Below, in pieces: positions 14,170 to 27,833 of a stretch of DNA of 64,000 nt; the stretch's first letter is position 1; each line of letters starts with the position of its first letter. Made by a program: the position numbers and the translations under genes. The notes below the pieces were generated by a model that was given only the letters and a program-made list of their open reading frames with translations, had not been told where the DNA came from and made no database searches. This DNA comes from Octopus vulgaris (taxonomy: Eukaryota). The stretch spans positions 108,252,001 to 108,316,000 of the forward strand of contig OX597816.1 in NCBI GenBank assembly GCA_951406725.2, in the 5' to 3' direction.

Positions 14170-14345
14170 AGTTGAAATTTATAGAAAAACAAAAGACGAA
14201 TACCGGTGTATGAACAACAAGCAAATGTATTAGTTTAACCCTCAAGAAAATAAAAAAGTCTTTTACGTTTCGAGCCTACGCTCTTCAACAGAAAGAAATA
14301 AGGCAAAATAAACAGAGAGAGAAAGAAAAAAACTGTCGATTTAAC
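14170..14345 (-). mobile_element. Penelope-type terminal-repeat fragment with degenerate hammerhead (14259-14296)
   Basis: Minus strand tcttt-CTGTTGA-a-GAGC-gtag-GCTC-GAAA-CG-TA-aaaga: perfect helices I and II, A6U core change. Confidence 0.6.
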
Positions 14346-14716
14346 GGTCAAGCATAGCGATGATTAGAAAAAACTTTGAAAGAAAAGTTTGAAAGAAAGG
14401 GAGATAATAAAGTAATTGTGATTCCACATGAAGGTGCGCGCGTGTATGTGAAAATGATGTGTGTGAATGTGTGTGTGTGTGTGTGAATAGGGGCTAGTCA
14501 CTGACGTGTGTGGGTGTGTGCATGTGTGTGCGTCTGTAATGTGTGGCTGCTCATATAGTGGTATGTGTCTTGACATTATTGAAGATTGTATGTGGGTGTG
14601 TAGATGATGGTGTTTTCTGTGGAGGCTGGGAAGTGGTCAGTGGTTATGTGTGTGGAGTGGTGGGGAATGGTGTAGTGATGTAGCGTAGGGTAATGTGGGG
14701 TAGGGTGTGTGTGTAC

Positions 14717-14820
<104 letters not shown>

Positions 14821-17800
14821 CGGGCTTATTTCAATTTTCTGCCAACCAAATCCACTCACAAGGCTTTGATCAACCCAAGATTATAGTAAAAGGCTATTGT
14901 TGCTAAAACTCAGAGTTCGGGAAACAGTTTTTCTGTGTTTAATTTACAAATAAAATATATCGATTTCTTTCGGCCAAATAACAAACGCTGTGGGTATGTA
15001 TGCATCTATGATTGATTTTATGTTATACTTGTGTGGTTGTCTGTGTGTATACATTCAATCTGGAATTCATGCTTGAGTGCTTAATATTTCACTTCCCAAT
15101 CATGTGTCCTTCATTTTGATCCCACGACTCGATGACATTCTTTTCAGTATAGAATTGACTAAAGCCAAACGTTCTAAGTAAAATTCTGGGAATGCCTGTA
15201 GAATGATCTCTACCTGCTGCAACTCCAAGACTCTTCTTTGTCATTTCTATTGTTATACGATTTTGTATGAAGGCAACATTAAATGTGTATGTGTTGGAGA
15301 GCATTTACTCACGTACACTGCATTATAATGAATAGGTGTTTCCGTTGAGCTAACAACCCTCTTTCTCTAAAATCAACAGGTTTTCCATTCAATTCAGTAT
15401 AGATGTATTTCACAATTCACTGAATTAAGTGCCATAATTATATTCTGGTCGAATCAATAGTATATCTTTCATCTGTCTAACAAATATTAAATTTTCATTC
15501 GACAATAACTTTGGAGTTACGAAGCAGCTGCCTACAGGCGATTCGGTCAGTATCCATCGAATCATGTTCTGAATTACTTTTCACTAATTTTATGTTACTA
15601 GATCATCTTTCCTACTTCTTTTCGGCACCAACTTTTATAGATCTCTCCTGAAAATATTTAACTTCACGCTCAAAAATTTCAAAAGAAACAAAAGTTTAAC
15701 CTGCCTATGCCGGTCTACGTATTTTCTCAGTTCTTGTATATACTGAAAAACAAAATTTATTTCTTATAATCTAGAAGAAACTTATTACATACTCGTGGGC
15801 AATATTTTAAACTATCTCCCTAATTAGTGCATAATGCATCACTGGTTTTTATATTTTTTTCGATACGAAACATAGGTATTGGCAAGCTATTCGTCTTTCT
15901 CTGCCAAATTCAATAGATATCCTTTCAGCGAGAGATAATTCTTTGTTTTCATAGTTCGATGTGTTTGTTAACTACCAGAATAAGTGCACCATAGTACAGT
16001 GCGGTCAGTTTATTCTGCAGCTTTGTCTGACTTAAAGAAGTTTTTTTTCTTTGTAAATGGTAAGTACTGCTTAATATCTACAAAAGTAAAAAAAAAATTA
16101 TCATTTCTAAATTAGAAACAAGGCCAACAATTTGAGAGAAGAGAACAGTTGCTTGTATTGACCACTGTTCTTTATCTTTATTTTATCGGTCCCAGGGCGG
16201 GTCAAAGGTATAATTCACTACGGTGAGAATTGAAATCAGAACCAGAAGAGCTGTATTATATAATGGATTGTGCCATTCCGTTTCTTTAAAAATTATTTCA
16301 AGTATTGGTAAAAAGCAAATAATTTTAATGGTGGGAGAATGTCGATTGCGTCAACCCTAGTGTTCAGCTAGCACTCATTTTATCGATCCTGAAAGGATGA
16401 AAAGTAAAGTCGATTTCGGCTGAATTTGAACTTAAAGAGCTGAAAAGAAATGCTGCTAAGCATATGACTCTGCCAGCCCGTCAACTTCCTGGACCCTAAA
16501 AATAATTAAGATATCACATACAAACTGTAGTTTATTTACATTCTTTTCATATATGTTAATGATTGATTATTTTAATCAAGTAGTTCAGTAATTCGGCGCC
16601 AACGTTACATTGTCTTGCTGACGATCGAATTAACAATATGATAGGTTTTGGTTTAGACACAGGACCGCCAGTTTTGAAGTGATGGGTATTAGTCGATATA
16701 ATCAACCACAGTTCTTGACTGGTACTTTGATATATCAACTCCATAAGTATGAAAGAAAACGTCGGCCTTCTCGGAATTTGCGCCCAGAATGCAATGAATC
16801 AAGAACTACCGAATGGCATATTTGCCCAACACTTGGCGATTCTGCCAATCCACTGCACTTGGTTGGCAACACAATTTTTCAAATATCCATTGGCGCTAAG
16901 TCGTTATTTCTGAATAGCTTCATATTCGAAGTTGTTTTTCATCAATATTTATGGAATATGCCTAGTGTATATCCTTCCGACATTGAAGGAGAGACTACCG
17001 TGTCATTATTATGACCTGTTTTTAGTTATATTGTCTACCCAGACGTTATGGTTCCGTTTCGGAATATCCGAGTAACACTTTTCAAGATAGAAGGTGAAAT
17101 ATGTTGTACGACTTACATTACAGTAAATATTATCTTGTACATTTTTTCGGCAAATACCTGCGTAGAATGATGAAATCATATGTATTCAATAATGAAGGTA
17201 TCGGTAAACTATGATTTAACTTTCTGTATTATTTTTGCGTGTGTTTGCAGATTACTTGCGTGTAATATATACTATGATAAAAATTGCCTTCTTTTGATTT
17301 CGCTTCCATCCTGATAAGCTGATTGGTGCTCCACAATGAAGCTGTTGCCATCTACAGAATGTATGTTTTTCTTCTAAATCTATCAACATATAAATAATGT
17401 GTCTATGACATCAACATCACCACTTTGCTTCTCCTCGATTAACAGAGACATTTTGTCTCTTCTGGTGCTATGTAAATAATGTCTACCTAACGGATACCCA
17501 TTGGTCGTTTCAATATAGTTATGTCAATACGTTTGGATTAATACTTCTATCTCTTTCTTAAATACTTTTAGTGGAGTTTACAAACTATTACAACTAAAAG
17601 CCGTTACAACTAAATCTTTGCTCTGAAGGTAACTCGATGTTTTGATGCACCACCTCCTATCGAAGCAACAAACTAATCATGCATTCTTTCCCCTTTTTCC
17701 TTCAATACAAAATGTCATCGGAGCTGTCTTTCCTCTCTTGAGGAGCCATAAATAAAGTTTTCAAATGTCACATCCATAGGATATTTATGTGTTTTGTGCA

Positions 17801-19852
17801 GTAGTAATTAGCAGATATTAATTAACTCGATGACATTTCTAGATTCATCCTATTAAGTCAGCATTATCTCATATTTAATTTTATTTTGTGCTTCTGTGTT
17901 GTATCTACATAAGATGTTTTCAGTTTCATATATTTCCTTGTACCGCACTTTTTTTTAAATAGTTTTCTGGTATTTATCTTCTCTTCCTTCTCTTACGCCT
18001 TTCCTATATTGTTTCATCCCCCTGCTTTAACCAAATTGTTTCTAAAACAAAACCTTTTAATCAATTTTCATTTCTATGCGAATGCACCGTCGTTGGTGTT
18101 CTGCGATTTGTAAAGATTTTGGGAGTATCGACAATTTTCCAAGAATCATGCTGAATGCTTCTTATTGTTATTGTTATTTATTGTGTTTCTTAGTCATTTC
18201 AGGTTGCTTGCTTTTGTGAGCATGATTGCAGAGATGGATATGTGTGTGCATTCGTATTGTAAACTAACAATCGTTTCTTGCCTTATCAGTTTTATAATAG
18301 AAAACAATCCGATTATTCAGAAACATTGTCCGTAAGGAGACACATTGTTTTGAATGTGTGTGTGTTCGCGCGCGCGTATAGCGTGTGTATCTGTGTATTT
18401 ACATCCTGGAAAATTACTGTTAACCATTATATTAAGAAGCTGTTTTAAAAGAGAAGGTTGAGGTAGAAAAAATACCTTTATTTTTTTACCTGATTACAAA
18501 ATCCTATTACATGTAAAACCCAAACAATGACAGAAAACGTTTTAGCCGGAATAAATCCTGCTTTACGCATATTTTTCAGCTTTTTTCCATGTAGTTTTAA
18601 TTTAATTAAAATACTTATGATATTGAATGAAATTTGCTTTTTGGTACTTGCCTGTGCATTCAATTAAACATTGTGATGAAGCATTTCATAAGAAATGTGT
18701 TTGTGTTATTAGTCTTCTTTTACTGTTGTTTCTTTTTATCTTTTCTTTATGCAGTTTTCTAGCTTTAATTCAGAGTAATGTTTAAAATAGAATTGTCAAG
18801 TGCTGGATCGTTGCAGTTACGATTATAAAACCTATTTTATATTTCACCTAGTTCACAAAATATATGAAAACTATTCCTACAAAATTCTTGTGGCAAGATA
18901 TTTTATAATTCCTTTTATTTATATATTTTATTAGCTTCCTCCAACAATAAGGAATGTTTCAATTTAGATTATATAACATCCAGGTTTCAAAATTTCTTTT
19001 TTTACTGTCAAAGAGGAATCCATACTAGTCAATAATTGTATCGACAGACAGCCATGAAACGCACATGAAAAAAAGCACCATTTACACTCAGATGTGTAAA
19101 GTGTGCTTCATAAAATGTAATTATATACAATCGTCTCCTTGTTCCAACCATTGGGTTGCAGTCATTCTATAGTAGTAACTTCATACTCTTTGATGCTCAG
19201 TTTTTAGAACAGTGTTTAGGGAATTGCTACGTTACAGAGACATAACGTAAACAAAGAAGAAAATTACACATACACGCAGGCTCACGTAATGTAGAAGGGT
19301 CTTGGCACATGATCTTAGTGTTGTGAGATCAATTTCTTGACCGACCGACGCATTGTCTCCATGAGTAACGCTGTTCTAGTCAACTCAACTGAAAATGATT
19401 TCTAGTCAATTGCTGGTGCAGTTAACTCTCCTTAAAGGTGTCACATGCGTATTGTCCCGTCGGGTCAAGGATAGAAGGATCAAGATGGTGTATAAGTCTG
19501 CTGGAAATCACATAGGCACCAAAAAGACTAGCAGGAGCATGGCATAAGCTGTAAGTTAATACTCACTTCAGAACGTCTGGTATTGTGTATACACATGTGC
19601 GCGCACACACACACATATATATGTATATCCATTTAACAACTTTCATAAGATTACAGCCGTTTCACAGTCTTTTTCATGTGTGTAAGAAATTATGCGTACA
19701 TGTTTTCATTAATATGAATACTCAGCATAATATTACACAATTATATATTGACAAATTAATGCCATTAAAGAAAGCTAGTTCGGCGGAGGAACTTCCTGGA
19801 AAGAGGGACGATTCTCTGAATCCTCATCTTATAATACATACATGTATTATGT

Positions 19853-19964
<112 letters not shown>

Positions 19965-20099
19965 TGTATGTATGTATGTATGCATGTATGTATGTATTAT
20001 GTATGTATGTGTATATATGCATATGTGTGTGTACATACATACATACATACATCATAGCTGCACCTACGTTACACGAGAAAAGCCATTGCCAAAAAGACT

Positions 20100-21770
20100 T
20101 ACTGAACTGATTCGTTATTGATGCCATGTGATGACCCTATATGACTTTTAAGCCCAGCCAAAATTTACACATTTTATTACATGCTGCACAACTGTGCTGG
20201 CCGGCAGGAGAAACAGATGCCACCACATGCACTCTCTTAACATGTCTTTTCAGACCTCCAGCTAAGAGGCATACTCTTCCACATTTTACACACGTTCTGT
20301 TGTGAATTCTAACAGCCACATCACTGTTTATCATGGGTCGATTCCTGTGAGATTTATGATGGCTCACCAGGCCTGCACGACTCAAACACTTCTGCCCACA
20401 AACCACACACACACACACACACAAAAGCAACACTCTCTCATTTTCCACAGGTTCCCTCCTTCTAAGCCCCCTCCTTATTCTCACATATTCACTTTCTCCC
20501 TCTCAAACCTGGAACAACCATCATACACTATTTTCCTCTATCCATCACGGTCTTGTGCTTCCCTTCTCTAATCACCAGCTGCAATTCCTGTCTGTATCAG
20601 AGCATTTTTAAGGCAATCCTTAAACCTTAGTTTAGGCTTATGTGCTGGTCTCCTGCCATCTTCCAGCTCACCATACAATAGCTGCTTGGGCAGTCGCTCA
20701 TCACTCATCCTTACCAAATGTCCCACCACTTCAAACGTCTTTGCTAAATCATTGACTATGTACTTCTACCGCCACTCCTCTCAAGCACCTCCACATTACT
20801 AATGGCCATTTTCCAAACTTTTTCTCAGACAATATTGATGGTATCGTTCTAATTGCCTCACATGCCTACAGTGAACAACCCATGCCCCACTGCCATATAG
20901 CAAAGATGGCAAGACGCACGTGTTTTATACCTTAACTTTAATTTATGAAGATATATTATGTTGTCGCCACAGACGCCTATAAAGCCTACAAAAGCACTAC
21001 TAACCCAGTTGATTTTGTATGATATTTCATCATCAAGACCAGCAGTGCTGAAGGTACTTCCTAAATAAATAAATCTAGGCACAGTCTGCATCATTTGACC
21101 ATTAACAGTTATAAAATGTTCTACAGATATCTTGGAGGAAACGGGCTGGGACATTAAAACAGTTTTTTCAGAGAGATCGTTAGACCCAATACTGCACATG
21201 CTGCTGAAATCGCATTCACCATGTGCTGCATATCTTTCTGGGAATGTACCAACATGTCACGATCATCTGCATACAGGAACTCAACGAGGTAAGAATGCAG
21301 AAGTTTCGTTTTGGCACAGAGTCTTTTGAGATTGAACAGTTTTCCCGTTGTCCTATATCTTATATAGACCCCTTCAGGGCAATCATCAAAAGCTATTTGA
21401 AAGATTATTGCAAAATGCATAGCAAACAATGTAAGAGGAGGAATATCACCTTGCTTTACAACATTTCTGCAGAAATTGGATCTTATAAGGTACCTCCAAG
21501 ATTAACTCTCAGTTCCATCTTGTCATGAAATTGTGTAAGCAGTCTCAAAAAAATTTTGGGGGCATCCTAGCATTTTCAGGATCTCCCAAAGTGCAATTCT
21601 ATTGATAAAATCAAACGCTTTTGTTAGGTCAATGAAAACCCAGTATAAGTCCATATCCAGTTCAATGCACTTCTCGTGTAACTATCTAGCTGAAAATATC
21701 ATATCCATAGTACCCCTACTATCCCTAAACCCACGTTGCGATTCTGATTTTACTTGCCGAAGTATTGATA
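20100..21770 (-). mobile_element. 5'-truncated, decayed RTE-clade LINE
   Basis: Minus-strand fragments FIDLTKAFD, FLYADD, FIYLGS and RLPKQLLYGELEDGRR..KPKLRFKDCLK, then C2H2 fingers; frameshifts and stops. Confidence 0.88.
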
Positions 21771-22332
21771 ATAAAATCAAACACAGGCTGACAAAGAAAA
21801 TAGAATTGTTTCAAGAATGAATTTTTCAGATGCCATGAAAAATTTATAGTTATAATGTTTTTAATATAATTCATGCATGTAGTATTAACGATTTAACTTG
21901 AAATAATTACGACCTGAGGTAAAATCGATAACTAGGAATTTCATACTGGTCAAAAATTGCGGATATCATACAAGTCATTGAATTGCTAAAGACAGCTCTT
22001 GCATTATTATTTACACTAGTTTGTTTTTTGTTATATGATGAATAATGCTGGTCAGAGACTTTACCGCAGTAGGTAATATCAGGTATTACTAGATCGGTAC
22101 ACTAATTATAATACTTCTATTCAAATTCCGTGGCACTTGTACAAAGACGCAGGAGTGGCTGTGTGGTAAATAGCTTGCTTACCAACCAAATGGTTCTGGG
22201 TTCAGTCCCACTGCGTAGCACCTTGGGCAAGTGTCTTCTACTAAAGCTTGTGAGTGGATTTGGTAGACGGAAACTGAAAAAAGTCCGTAGTATATATATA
22301 TATATATATATATCCTTGAAATATATATATAC

Positions 22333-22394
<62 letters not shown>

Positions 22395-22396
<2 letters not shown>

Positions 22397-22783
22397 GTAC
22401 ATATATATTTTTACCTTTCAATTCCCAAATGTAGCTACTAACTCCAGTAGAGTTCACTTTACTTCTATTTCTGAAACTACATTGGTGGGAATTGTATCTA
22501 AAACTGCCAACTCTTTTTACACGCGGTAAATTTCCCCTTTCTTATTGTTTTTCTATGCACTCTTCAAACCTATACATTATTACGGTACATAGTCCATTTA
22601 CACTCTATATCGTACAGATTAAAAATATACGAGCTAACTTACAAACTATGAATTAGTGCCACATAGGTCTATAGAACCACACTGGATATCCCCCAATAGC
22701 GATAACTCCCTCGGAGTACACCGGCGCTAAACTAGCCGAGCCTACGGACACGTGTAAGCTATGTTAATAACTAATTATGAGAC
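22395..22783 (+). repeat. Partial copy of the Penelope-type fragment at 27834-28261
   Basis: Direct repeat with scattered substitutions and one indel of about 35 bp; same 5' junction after (TA)n. Confidence 0.9.
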
Positions 22784-22813
22784 CTTATTCAAATTCCGTG
22801 GCACTTGTACAAA

Positions 22814-22953
22814 GACGCAGGAGTGGCTGTGTGGTAAGTAGCTTACCAACCACATGGTTCTGGGTTCAGTCCCACTGCGTAGCACCTTGGGCAAGTGTCT
22901 TCTACTAAAGGCTTGTGAGTGGATTTGGTAGACGGAAACATATATATGCGTGT

Positions 22954-22995
<42 letters not shown>

Positions 22996-23207
22996 TTGTG
23001 TGTCTGTGTTTGTACCCCCAGCATCGCTTGACAACCGATACTGGTGTTTACGTTCCCGTAACTTAGCAGTTCGGCAAAAGGGACCGATAGAATAAGTACT
23101 AAGCTTACAAAGAATAAGTCCTGGGGTCGATTTGCTCGACTAAAGGCGGTGATCCAGCATGGCCACAGTCAAATGACTGAAACACGTAAAAGAGTAAAAG
23201 AGTAAAG
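22814..23207 (+). mobile_element. tRNA-derived SINE, family C
   Basis: gcaggagtggctgtgtggtaag...ggttcagtcccactgcg...internal (TG)n...aaatgactgaaac-(taaaagag)n tail. Other copies at 22146-22290, 43275-43702, 50321-50630, 60080-60345, 13970-14150(-) and 14818-14890(-). Confidence 0.88.
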
Positions 23208-23757
23208 TTATAACATGGATACTAATTTTCAAAATAAATATTTCTTATTTTTTATATTTGCAACAAATACATAATCAATTACAATGATAATACCATTTAA
23301 CTACCCATCAATTACGAGTGTAAAATATTAATACCGTGATAAGACAGCGTTACGTTTTTTAACATGAACAAACAGTTAATAATGAGCATTGTAGATATTG
23401 TTATATAAAGAGCAGCTGTAGAGCAGAAACATTGAGCACCTGCCGTACGGTATTTCATTTCTTATCTTTACAGTCAAATCCCACCGGAATTATTTTTCCA
23501 CAGTGTCACTAAAATAAATACTAAATCGATTTAAACGATTATGCGTAATACTATTAAAATATGTAAAAGTTGTTGCTTTTATTTTTTTCAATCTGATTTT
23601 CATTTCGAAGAGAGGAGGGGGGAGATGCTTTGATTAATATTGCTACCAGAATGAATGACAAAGATGAGGATACGACGCGGGTTTGAAAACTATGGCTTTA
23701 TGATAATATAGAAATGATTATATACGGCTTTACACATGCATCCATACATCATAATAC

Positions 23758-23879
<122 letters not shown>

Positions 23880-23889
23880 GTGTATGTGT

Positions 23890-24200
23890 GGAGGCGCAAT
23901 GGCCCAGTGGTTAGGGCAGCGGACTCGCGGTTGTAGGATCGCGGTTTCGATTCTCAGACCGGGCGTTGTGAGTGTTTATTGAGCGAAAACACCTAAAGCT
24001 CCACGAGGCTCCGACAGGGGGTGGTGGTGATCCCTGCTGTACTCTTTCGCCACAACGTTCTCTCACTCTTTCTTCTGATGGCTTGCTCGCTTAGCCAGCG
24101 AGATGGCGTCATCTGAAGGCTAATACAATGCGAAGTGAATAGTGACCAGCGATGTGTAGCAACATCTGATAGCCTGGTCGGTCACGGTGATCACGGTGAT
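23890..24200 (+). mobile_element. tRNA-derived SINE, family A
   Basis: A-box TGGCCCAGTGG, B-box-like GGTTTCGATTC, short tcacggtga repeat tail running into (TA)n. Confidence 0.85.
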
Positions 24201-24210
24201 ATATATATAT

Positions 24211-24256
<46 letters not shown>

Positions 24257-24340
24257 AAGGGTGAAAAAGGAACACACGAGTTGATATATATGAAAAAACA
24301 AGTCAAAAATAGAATATGCTAAAATAATTTTATAGTGAAC

Positions 24341-24385
24341 ATTTCAGTACCGGTTTCGGTCATTTTGAGACCTTTTCAACTGTAA
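24341..24385 (-). ncRNA. Variant hammerhead motif (U3-A8) at the 3' end of Penelope 1
   Basis: cag-TTGAAAA-GGTC-tcaaaat-GACC-GAAA-CCGG-TA-ctg. Helices I-III intact; the C3-G8 pair is replaced by U3-A8. Confidence 0.7.
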
Positions 24386-25100
24386 CGATTAAATAATTAA
24401 ATTTAGAAAAAATTAGAAGAAAAGTTTTTTTAAAGGAATATTTCTATAGTAGTGTTCAGATATAAGTAGCATTCTGCCTTTCTCTGAATCCCTTGTTTGC
24501 ACTTGTGTGTTGGAGGTCGTTGTGAGTTCTTGGTAGGGTAGTAGAGGAAGAAGGCTGATGAGGAAAGGGGGTGGGAGAATCTGGGAGTGCCCTGATGGTC
24601 GTATTTTGAATGGTCAGTGGCGGCTGGCAGTCGCAGTTCAATTCAGGAGAATATTTCTATTGAAAGGCTTGTTTATAGAATTTGCGTAGGTGTTATACTA
24701 AAAAACATTAGTGACAAAGTTAAGGGGTAGAAGGTGGAGAAGTAGAAGAAGAAGAAGAAGAAGAAGAAGATGATGATGCTGATGAAGAAGAAGAAGACGA
24801 TGTTGATGATGATGATGATGAAGAAGAAGGAGAAGGAGAAGGAGAAGATGACGATGATGGTGATGGTGGTGATGGTTATGACGACGATGATGATGATAAT
24901 GATGATGATGAAGAAGAAGAGGAAGAAGAAGAAAAAACAGAGAAGGGAGAATATGAATGGGTTGAAGTAGTGAGGTGTTGTATGACTTGAAGTTGGCATG
25001 TTATGGATTATAGCTGTGTTTTTAGCTGTGATTAGTAATGGATTCTTTGGAATGTAATATTTGTGTGTGAATATTTCTTTTATTCTAAAGTTGAGGTATA

Positions 25101-27423
25101 TTAATTGTTTGTCGTAGACCCGTTAAGAAGTGGCCTGTATTTTGCAATAAAGAGAGTTTCTTTACTTATTCGTTGTCTCGAGGTTGTATCGTCCCTAAAT
25201 TGGTAGAGGGGGAAAATCCTGAAGCTTGGTGTTTTTTTTGTTGGCGCAAGTATCTATGTGTTGGCTAAAAGCTATTTTTCTGTTTTGGGGAATTTTTATC
25301 TGGGATCTGTGCAGGGCCATTCGTTTACGCAAACTATTTTTTGTTTGGCCTATGTACTGCTCTTGACACCCGGAGCAGGTTAGTGAGTATATTAGGTTCT
25401 CCGAAGCACATGTGAAGTTGCTTTTCACTGTAAACCGTTGTCCCTGTTTGAAGGAGAACTCTGATCCCTCAATTAGATAGTCGCATATCCCGCAATTGGG
25501 TCTTCCACATTTTTTTACTGTCGGCTTCTGTGTTGAAGAGTGAATTCGGGCTTGTGTTAGGAGACTTTTCATGGATTTAGGCTGTCTCTTGCTTTTTATG
25601 ATCGTGTGTGTTTGGAGGATTGTGTTCATTCTGTGGTCTTTTTTTAGGAGGGGTATGTTGTGGAGGATGGTGCCGAAGGCTTCGTTATTGAGAGGGTTGT
25701 GTGTGGAGATGTATGGTAAGGCTTTTGGTTGTAAGTTTTTCTTTGATTTGGGATGTCTCAGTTCCTTGATGTTAAGTTGAAGGGCACGTTGAATGCACTT
25801 GTCAATAAGTGAAGGTGGATAGTTCCTGGTGATAAGGGTATCTTTTAGTTCTTGTAGTCGTGTGTCTCTGGTGTTTGCGTTCGAGACTATAGTGCATATC
25901 CTTTTTGCTAGGTTGAAGGGGATATTCATCCTGGTGTGTCTGGGGTGGCATGAATTGAATGGAAGATATTGCTTAGAGTCTGTGGGCTTATAATATATGT
26001 CTGTTTCTATTATATTATTAGCTTTCTTAATGGGGATATCGAGGAAGGGGAGTTGTTGCTGGCTATATTCCATCGTGAATTGGATGTTTACGTCCAGTCC
26101 GTTTAAAATTTCCTGGAATTCTATGAGTTTTTCTATATTTTTATGCCAAAGGATGAAACAGTCATCTAGATATCTCTTCCAGTTGTTTTCTATGTAGATG
26201 GAGAAAGGGCTGCCATATCTTTCTAGAACCTTACGATACAGACTGATCTCTAGATATCTTATGACTAGGTTGGCAAAGGAGGGGGCCATTCGTGTACCCA
26301 TCGCAGTCCCCGATTTTTGTCGGTAGAAGTTGTCATTGAAGGCGAAGAAGTTATTTTCCAGGATGAATTTAACCCCTTCTATCACGAATTCTTTTTTGAT
26401 GCGATGTGGTAGTTCGTTGGCGTGATTTTCTAGCCAGAATTGGATTGCCTCTAGTCCTAGGTTGTGGGGGATATTGGAGTAGAGGTTGACTACATCGAAG
26501 GATACCAGTATGGTGTTTTTGTTTATAGTATTCGGTAGGTGATTGAGCATATCTAAGTCGTCCCTTATATAGCTTTTGACATGTTTTAGGAGTGGTTTTA
26601 ACAGGGTGTCTAAAACGTTACTGAGGCGGTGGGTTTCGCATGCGGGACCTGCTATTATGGGTCTCAATTTGAGGTCATTAGGATTAGGGACTTTAATTAT
26701 TTTGTATGTAGCTATCTTGCATGCGTTGCTTATTTTCTCACTTTTGTGGATCTTAGGTATACCGTAGAATTGGCTGGTTTTGCTTGTGAAATTGGTCATA
26801 TAATCATATTCTTTGTCGGTGAGCCCTGTTTTGTATGGGTTTAATATGGATTTTAGTTCCCTCATTATTTTTTGTTGACTGTAGTTTTGTGCCTTTTCAT
26901 AGTATGTTGTGTCTTCCAGCATAGAAAGTACCAAAGTTATGTAAAATGTCGTATCCATTAAGACAACAGCACTCCCTTTATCGGCCTCTTTGATTGTTAT
27001 TGTTTTATCTAGTTTTAATTTGTTCAACTCAGCCCATTCTTTTTTGCTGAAGTTTGGTTTGTGTTTTTGTTTGTGCATATGTTGATATAGGTAATTTGAT
27101 ATGTGGTCACAGAAATCATCAAGTGTTTTGTTCTTACCTTTCGAGGGGGTGTAGTTACTCCTATTTCTGGCTAACGATTCGTCCTCGTTGTATTTATCGT
27201 ATAGCTCCTCAGTAAGTCTTAATTTTCTGCAGAATTCTGCGATGTCTTCTTTCATTTCATTGTAGTTGGGGTGTTGTGGGGTGGGTGTAAACTTGAGTCC
27301 TTTGGAAAGTATGTTTATTTGGTTTGCTGTTAGTTCCTTGTGAGTTAGATTGATAATTTTTATTACTTTTGGTTCCTCCTGCTTGTTTGGTGCTATCTTG
27401 TGTCTCTTGTTTGCGTATTGGGT
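25101..27423 (-). CDS. Penelope-like reverse transcriptase + GIY-YIG endonuclease (one frameshift in an A8 run)
   Basis: Frame open upstream of the listed ATG (IINLTHKELT..ILSKGLKFTPTP). RT motifs LRPII, SFDVVNLY, GTAMG, RYLDD, FLD; Cys linker CGRPNCGIC; NLIY..YIGQT. Removing one A at 25232-25239 restores FRIFP...KETLFIAKYRPLLN*. Confidence 0.93.
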
Positions 27424-27508
27424 CTAAAAAATGAATGCGGTGGTTGGGACGGTAGCTAGTATATAGTTGTTCTTTGTTGATGTGGGGTCTCCTGTTGATG
27501 TGGGGTCT

Positions 27509-27561
<53 letters not shown>

Positions 27562-27662
27562 GTATATGTATATATATCTTCGTGTACATCAATTAAAAAT
27601 CGCGCAAGAGGTTTCTTGTACTTACCGCTACATGTCCAGCAAATTCGAGAATATATGTGTAC

Positions 27663-27700
<38 letters not shown>

Positions 27701-27833
27701 TCCTTCTTCCCTTCCTTCCTGAGCGTCCAATAATACTATATTTGTTCCACGTCCTCACGTTGTTGTGTGTTCATGTTTGGATTAACTTTATATATATACA
27801 TATATACATATATATTTTTAACTTTATATATAT

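Larger units (their letters stand above)
24257..27510 (-). mobile_element. Penelope-like retroelement 1 (Neptune-like), bounded by (TA)n
   Basis: RT + GIY-YIG ORF, 3' UTR with (TTC/ATC)n, hammerhead-like motif near the 3' end, (TA)n at both ends. Confidence 0.93.

Noticed and set aside
17300-18170. Possible decayed DNA-transposase remnant on the minus strand
   Set aside because: Only faint motif hints; cannot be supported without a profile search.
23890-23965. tRNA-like sequence
   Set aside because: It is the head of a multi-copy SINE; no convincing cloverleaf or terminator.
24673-24999. Poly-F/I/M/K ORFs
   Set aside because: (GAA)n/(GAT)n repeat in the Penelope 1 3' UTR.
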